A stretch of DNA of 64,000 nucleotides from a virus (lineage: Duplodnaviria > Caudoviricetes). Where the stretch lies: the IMG/VR virus record IMGVR_UViG_3300029305_003259, positions 64,432 to 128,431 of that record. One strand, 5' to 3'. A model generated the notes under the pieces. The model searched no databases, was not told the origin of the DNA, and saw nothing but the letters and a program-made list of their open reading frames with translations. This document shows positions 58,793 to 64,000 of this stretch, piece after piece. Every line of letters starts with the position of its first letter. Position 1 is the first letter of the stretch. Both the position numbers and the translations under genes were made by a program.

Positions 58793-60363
58793 TATACATT
58801 CATTACTTTATGGGTAGGTCTACATTTAGCGGTTTCATAAAACGTGCAATGATCTCCGTCATAACGTACTAAATATGCTACGCCTGAATCTCCTGAATCG
58901 ATACCTCTACGACTTTTTTCAACAAATAAGCATCTATACACATTTGTCGGGTCTGGCAAATATGGTTCCTCAGTCCAAGCATCGCCCTTTTTTATACTTC
59001 TAAACGGCTTTAAATCATAAGGGCTTCCTTGCACAAGTTCATCTGGATAAACCTTTCTAAATAAGATTAAATTAGATAGAACCTCTTTAACAGCCTTACT
59101 GTTGCTCAAGCAAAATGCGTCCATCCACAATCTTCCAAGTGTATTGATGGCCAACTGGATAGTCATTAATCCAATTACATCATATCTCTTTGCAATTCCA
59201 TCAAGATCCTTACTATCAGCAACAAGCTGTAGCCAGAAATTATCATTAGTACCGCCAGATGTTGTAATCTTAAATGTATCAACCAAGAAGGTGGTAATTC
59301 CATCTCTCTGAATATGCTTTTTAATAATTCGACAAGTCAATCTTGAATCAGCATCAGATAATGCAACCATTTTAATTTGCTTTGCATAATTCTTACGCCA
59401 ATACTCTCTGGCCTTTTTGATCATTTCCTTATCTTCGCTGCTTAAATTACCACTGGCCAACTTTTTCTTGGGCAGTTTCTTATAATCAAAATAACGATAA
59501 AGAATCCATATTAAGAAACCTTGCTTAAAATCGCTTAGACCCATTTCGTTACTAACGATAAGAATTTTTTCTCCCTTTTCTACCAATGACATCAGAATGC
59601 CGATCATAAATGTCGTCTTTCCTACGCCAGAATGTGCTCCAAATGCAGATAATGTTCCGCTTTTAAGGCCAAGAATATTATTTGACAAGAATGGAAACGT
59701 AGAAATTTTATTTCCATTTATATCTACACCGGCATCACCAAAAGATATACCAACTTCCTCACCTGATTCTAGTCCATTAATAAATTCTTCATCAAAATCG
59801 ATATAGCCTTCATCAATGATTTTATTAGATGACACGGTTCCGAGTGTACTTAGCTGACTCTCGTAGAAATCTAAAACTTCTTGTGAAGTAAATTTCTCAA
59901 AAAGTTTATATGGAATTACTTCTTTCCCATTATCTAAAGTCATTTTATCAAGTAAATTAAATCCCTTATCATTTAACTTAAGGCAAATATTACTCTTACG
60001 CAAATCATCTAAAAATACATCGAAATTCTTAACATTACAGATATCAATTAGGGATTGTAGCTGCTTCCATCCTCCAATATGTTCAAGCCTTTCTCTAACT
60101 TCATCGGTCGTATTTGTCAGCAAAGTAACCTCATCCACAATGGTACATCCACGGTCTCTAAGTCCTTTAAGCATAGAGAATAAAAATCTACCATCTTTCG
60201 TGATATAATCTTTAGATGTTAACATAGAATCATCTAAAAGAAGCAAATCACCAGCGATACAACCAATAGTATTTCCTTCGATTTCCACTCTCTTTTTTAA
60301 AAGTTCTTCATTATACTTATCGCATATTCCAATTATAAAATTATTTTTATTAAAATCCATCAT
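58792..60363 (-). CDS. dnaB: Replicative DnaB-like helicase
   Basis: AHSGVGKTT Walker A, NEM, VDT.K, T.QL, K.R.G. Confidence 0.9.
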   Translation of the reverse strand: MMDFNKNNFIIGICDKYNEELLKKRVEIEGNTIGCIAGDLLLLDDSMLTSKDYITKDGRFLFSMLKGLRDRGCTIVDEVTLLTNTTDEVRERLEHIGGWKQLQSLIDICNVKNFDVFLDDLRKSNICLKLNDKGFNLLDKMTLDNGKEVIPYKLFEKFTSQEVLDFYESQLSTLGTVSSNKIIDEGYIDFDEEFINGLESGEEVGISFGDAGVDINGNKISTFPFLSNNILGLKSGTLSAFGAHSGVGKTTFMIGILMSLVEKGEKILIVSNEMGLSDFKQGFLIWILYRYFDYKKLPKKKLASGNLSSEDKEMIKKAREYWRKNYAKQIKMVALSDADSRLTCRIIKKHIQRDGITTFLVDTFKITTSGGTNDNFWLQLVADSKDLDGIAKRYDVIGLMTIQLAINTLGRLWMDAFCLSNSKAVKEVLSNLILFRKVYPDELVQGSPYDLKPFRSIKKGDAWTEEPYLPDPTNVYRCLFVEKSRRGIDSGDSGVAYLVRYDGDHCTFYETAKCRPTHKVMNV

Positions 60364-60899
60364 TACACCTCATCTTCAAGGGCATTTAACCCTCTTCTTT
60401 TTTTTCTAGAGGAAATGACAGGCTCATACATTTCCAAATTAGTTTTAACTTTTACAGGCTCTACTGTTACGCTTTGCTGATAATCCTTTAAATTATTCTT
60501 TAATATGGCGGACACATACCTGATGCGTGCGTATTCATTGCTATTTAGCCGTTCAACTGCATTTTTAATATAGCCCTTATTCTCCTGCAAATAAGCAAGA
60601 ATTTTTGCATCATTACAAATTCCACGCCAAAGTTTCATTTCTTTAAATAGAACGCTATTTTGAATTCTGTATCCAAACACATCTGCGATTTCTTCATAAA
60701 CAGGGTCTATTTTATGCTTCTTATTTTTTTTATTTTCTTCTAAAATCTTCTTTTTTTCTTCTGCATTTTTTAGCTTTTCTTCCTCTTTTGTCTTTGCTTC
60801 TGACTCATTACAATAATAAAATCTTCCGCCACCAGTAGGTGCTTGAAATGCATCTTTTTTATCAATCTTCTTGCCACATAAACGGCACTTTACTTGCAT
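60363..60899 (-). CDS. Hypothetical replication protein (YorH-like position)
   Basis: VKCRLCG...YYC; Y..AILKN; directly upstream of the helicase. Confidence 0.6.
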   Translation of the reverse strand: MQVKCRLCGKKIDKKDAFQAPTGGGRFYYCNESEAKTKEEEKLKNAEEKKKILEENKKNKKHKIDPVYEEIADVFGYRIQNSVLFKEMKLWRGICNDAKILAYLQENKGYIKNAVERLNSNEYARIRYVSAILKNNLKDYQQSVTVEPVKVKTNLEMYEPVISSRKKRRGLNALEDEV

Positions 60900-60913
60900 A
60901 ATACACCTCCAAA

Positions 60914-60944
60914 CAAAAAAATAGGAGGGGCAAACGCCCCTCCT
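60914..60944 (-). terminator. Terminator after the AAA ATPase gene
   Basis: Minus strand AGGAGGGGC-GTTT-GCCCCTCCT followed by A and a T-tract. Confidence 0.85.
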
Positions 60945-60950
60945 GATATA

Positions 60951-62135
60951 TTAGGCCAGAGCCTCTAGTGCTTTATTTAGTGTTTCCTTATCATGTACTT
61001 CGTTTAGCTTTGCACCAAGGATTTCCTTTACTAACTTCTTAGTCTCAGGACTTGCGGTTCTATGTAGCTTACGAATCTGTTCCTTTACTGCTTCCTCATC
61101 GAATGGCTCTTCATCATCTAGGTCAAAAGGCACCTCGTCTGCAGCAAAGATATCTTCATCATCAGAAGAATTAACTTCATCAATAGAATCTTCTACCTCA
61201 ACAATATCTTCTTCTTCAATCTCAGGCTCAGGTTCCTTTACAGGAGCAGCCTTCTTTGCCTTCTTAGGCTTATCTGAATTCTTTCCAGCCTCTGAAGCAA
61301 TTGCATCATTAATAGCATTAATGAACTCATCTACATCAAGAGTGATTTCCTCGGCAATGTCAGCGAATCTACTCTTACTGTCTGCTGTATAACCAGAGTC
61401 ACGGAACTTTACCTTACGATTTTCTGCAGTTACCTTGTTGCGAGTCTTCTTCTTCTTAGTAATAGGATTTTCCTCGCCATATTCCTCTACTTCAACAGAA
61501 CGGTCAATGTATGCAATACCCAGGATATGAGTCTTATTCTTTACTGCATTAAAATAACGCTGAGACATACTAGTAGTTAACATATCATAACTTTCACCAG
61601 TAAACACATCATCGTTAGAACGATTCTTTACATGACCGGTATACCAGAAGCCAACACCAACAGAACGTAGCTTGAAAATTCTATCAAGTAGCATCTCGAT
61701 TAGCCGATCTTGACCCTTCATAAAGCCGCCCTCTACTGCATTAATTGTCTTGGCGGGACGGAAATCCTTTTCTCCAAGATGCTCCTGATTATACAGCTTT
61801 ACCATATAAGGCTCTGCAAGATCAAACAACTGATCAAGAGTATCTCCAACAACAACCTTTAGGTCTGGATAATCAGTTTCCTTATTCTTGATAATGTCAT
61901 CTGTAACTTCAATAAACTTCTTATAATTTTCAATAGGTTCTGCAACTACACCATTAATACAAGTGGTGCCTACTTCCTTACCACAGTCTAAAATGATATA
62001 GCCATCTTCTCCGAACAGCTTATCACACGTCTTATACATTGTGGTTGTCTTACCAATACCACTTTCACCAAGTAGTCCTACAATATAAGTAGAAGGATCT
62101 AAATTTACAACGTTCTTCTTTCCAAACTTACCCAT
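60951..62135 (-). CDS. AAA-family ATPase (Sak4/YorG-like recombination protein)
   Basis: GESGIGKTT, V.DT.D, GH.K, SKSRF; acidic tail. Confidence 0.8.
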   Translation of the reverse strand: MGKFGKKNVVNLDPSTYIVGLLGESGIGKTTTMYKTCDKLFGEDGYIILDCGKEVGTTCINGVVAEPIENYKKFIEVTDDIIKNKETDYPDLKVVVGDTLDQLFDLAEPYMVKLYNQEHLGEKDFRPAKTINAVEGGFMKGQDRLIEMLLDRIFKLRSVGVGFWYTGHVKNRSNDDVFTGESYDMLTTSMSQRYFNAVKNKTHILGIAYIDRSVEVEEYGEENPITKKKKTRNKVTAENRKVKFRDSGYTADSKSRFADIAEEITLDVDEFINAINDAIASEAGKNSDKPKKAKKAAPVKEPEPEIEEEDIVEVEDSIDEVNSSDDEDIFAADEVPFDLDDEEPFDEEAVKEQIRKLHRTASPETKKLVKEILGAKLNEVHDKETLNKALEALA

Positions 62136-62152
62136 TTATATCATTTCCTTTC

Positions 62153-63277
62153 TTATAGATCTTCATCTTCATCATCCGCAATATTCATTGCAGGAATCAT
62201 ATCATCTGCACTATATGTAGTGTCTTCTACCTTATTCTTACGAGGATTTAGGCCAGAGAATCTAAGTTCGGTAATGCGTTCACCAAGTTTGTTTCCGCCC
62301 ATGGCTCTAACAACCTCTTCAAAAGTGACCCATCCTGCATCAATTTCCTCACGAGTTTCCTCATCAAGGTCTTCCATGGTAATTTCCATTCTGTCTGCTC
62401 CATCAATAACATTTACAGCAAGACCAATATTAGCAATTTCGCTTTCTCCAACAACAAACTTCTTCTTTGCAAGCTTGATATCCTTCTCATTTCGGATTGC
62501 TACAGAAACAGGATAGAATCCATTCTTCTTTAGACCAGAATCATAATATGTAGACCATCCATTTAGATAGGCCATATCATCATTTTCATTAATACAATCA
62601 TCTGCAAAATAGAAATCAATAATCATATTGGTATTAGGCTCCATATTAGATGCAAGCTCAACTCTATTTACCATATAATTAGTATAAAACTTTCCGTTAT
62701 TATACTGGATTTCCTGATTTCCAGAAATCTTAAAAATCTTATCCTTGATTTTATCCAAAACTACTACTTTGGCCATAAATTCTGCAAAATCCCAAGCACT
62801 GATAAATACATGTCTACGATTATTAGACTTCTCGAGAGCTTCCTTTGCCTCATTTTCCGTACTATAACCATATTCCTCAATCATTTCATCGGTTACAGTG
62901 CCATCTTCGAATGCCTTCACCAGATTGCGCAAATTCTTACGAGTGTTATAATCCTCTAAATCAACGATATAATGACGGAATCCAGCAACCTTGTCGATCT
63001 GCTCCTTGTCAAATCTCTTATCCCAAGGAATGATTACGGTATCACGCTTATTGCTGCCTTCAATCTTCTGGCCAGTAGTCTTAATAACATTTTTTACGTC
63101 ATCCTTCCACTTGCCGCCCTGTGCCGTACACATAATTCTATTTGTTCCAGAAATTGCATTAAATTTTACTGTAGTATTAGTCCATCCACTTTGAAAGGGC
63201 TTTCTATCAATAGGCTTAAACTTTTCCCTTTCCTTCATAGGTACGATTTTTGCATAAAATGTAAACTGATTTGCCAT
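62153..63277 (-). CDS. Putative single-stranded DNA-binding protein
   Basis: Heads the replication operon; acidic DDEDEDL tail. Confidence 0.55.
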   Translation of the reverse strand: MANQFTFYAKIVPMKEREKFKPIDRKPFQSGWTNTTVKFNAISGTNRIMCTAQGGKWKDDVKNVIKTTGQKIEGSNKRDTVIIPWDKRFDKEQIDKVAGFRHYIVDLEDYNTRKNLRNLVKAFEDGTVTDEMIEEYGYSTENEAKEALEKSNNRRHVFISAWDFAEFMAKVVVLDKIKDKIFKISGNQEIQYNNGKFYTNYMVNRVELASNMEPNTNMIIDFYFADDCINENDDMAYLNGWSTYYDSGLKKNGFYPVSVAIRNEKDIKLAKKKFVVGESEIANIGLAVNVIDGADRMEITMEDLDEETREEIDAGWVTFEEVVRAMGGNKLGERITELRFSGLNPRKNKVEDTTYSADDMIPAMNIADDEDEDL

Positions 63278-63311
63278 TTTTTATTCTCCTTTAATTTTGT
63301 ATTGTAATTAA

Positions 63312-63515
63312 TTAATAAAAATATCTATTGTCAAGATAATTATCTGCATATAAATAAAAATCAATTGGATCATTGCCTATCCATAAATGCGTTGCTATTT
63401 TCCCACATTTAACACAAATAAGTTGTTGATACATTTCACTGTCTATATCATATTCTGTTTCTATATAATGCACGCATCCACATTCTTGGCATTGGAAATA
63501 ATGTCTTTGCTTCAT
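63312..63515 (-). CDS. Small Zn-ribbon protein
   Basis: CQECG...CVKCG. Confidence 0.65.
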   Translation of the reverse strand: MKQRHYFQCQECGCVHYIETEYDIDSEMYQQLICVKCGKIATHLWIGNDPIDFYLYADNYLDNRYFY

Positions 63516-63616
63516 ATGATTGCTTTATGTCACGTTTGACATTTAAGCTTACCTCCCTTCATGTGGTACAATCCCCTTAATTTGTAAGTGTATTATACCA
63601 CACAAAATTAATTTTG

Positions 63617-63871
63617 TCAAGCTGTTTTTAATACCATTATAATGAAATTGTTTCCATTGATAATAATCCTGTCATCTTTGATATCATATGACTCAATTTC
63701 ATCATATTTTATATATATTTTTTGATTTTTATGCTTAAACCCGATGCCAATATCGGTTATAGGAATGAAATTTGAAGATTTGATGTGTTGATCATCAAAC
63801 AAATAATGTTTAGTATAAATATCAACATGCTGTCCTTTCATATCCTCTAATGCATCTTTGATCTTTATCAT
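63617..63871 (-). CDS. Hypothetical protein
   Basis: AAGGGA RBS; co-oriented ORF. Confidence 0.65.
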   Translation of the reverse strand: MIKIKDALEDMKGQHVDIYTKHYLFDDQHIKSSNFIPITDIGIGFKHKNQKIYIKYDEIESYDIKDDRIIINGNNFIIMVLKTA

Positions 63872-64000
63872 TTGTACTCAATCCCTTCTTTGCTTGATAA
63901 TCAAAGTATATCATATTTTAGAAATAAATGCAAACATGTGTTTGGGTTAATTTGTTAATTAATTTTGTATTGTATGTTCTTAAATAAGAACCAATATTAT

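Larger units (their letters stand above)
24438..63972 (-). repeat. Dispersed 14-bp motif CARYACAAAATTAA (about 20 copies)
   Basis: Plus-strand TTAATTTTGTRYTG or close variants near 24438, 28219, 29048, 29261, 37050, 40876, 42321, 44367, 45548, 46068, 49095, 50439, 50955, 51177, 52345, 55838, 58516, 63291, 63959. Confidence 0.85.

Overview
A 64-kb piece of a large, AT-rich siphovirus-type phage genome, probably infecting a Bacillota (Clostridia-like, likely gut) host, with an SPbeta/c-st-like layout. The + strand (1-20.5 kb) carries the late tail module (giant tape-measure protein truncated at the window edge, Dit, Tal, two fibre proteins, holin-like gene) and a TubR/TubZ-type partition locus with a hidden divergent Arc-like repressor. 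The - strand (20.6-64 kb) carries a large serine recombinase; nucleotide metabolism genes (dut, thyX, nrdG, nrdD, nucleotidase, gmk, folD); NAD-dependent ligase; a radical SAM gene with two 'FETNSSSxHS' paralogues; an RNA end-repair cluster (RNA ligase, Thg1-like, nucleotidyltransferase, kinase-HD); a deaminase and IscS; an array of 18 tRNA genes; and an SPbeta yorF-yorL-like replisome. Best leads: (i) a DIP1984-like coiled-coil gene followed by a ~450-nt structured RNA with a 13-bp closing stem and 7-nt periodic repeats; (ii) a theta (minimal HDV-like) ribozyme fused to the only CCA-less tRNA and leading an HNH gene; (iii) an uncalled 47-aa ArfA-like ribosome-rescue ORF; (iv) several tRNAs with non-canonical folds and structured spacers; (v) a 14-bp motif at ~20 sites, mostly at sigma-A-type promoters. 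All family assignments are from motif recognition by eye, not database searches.
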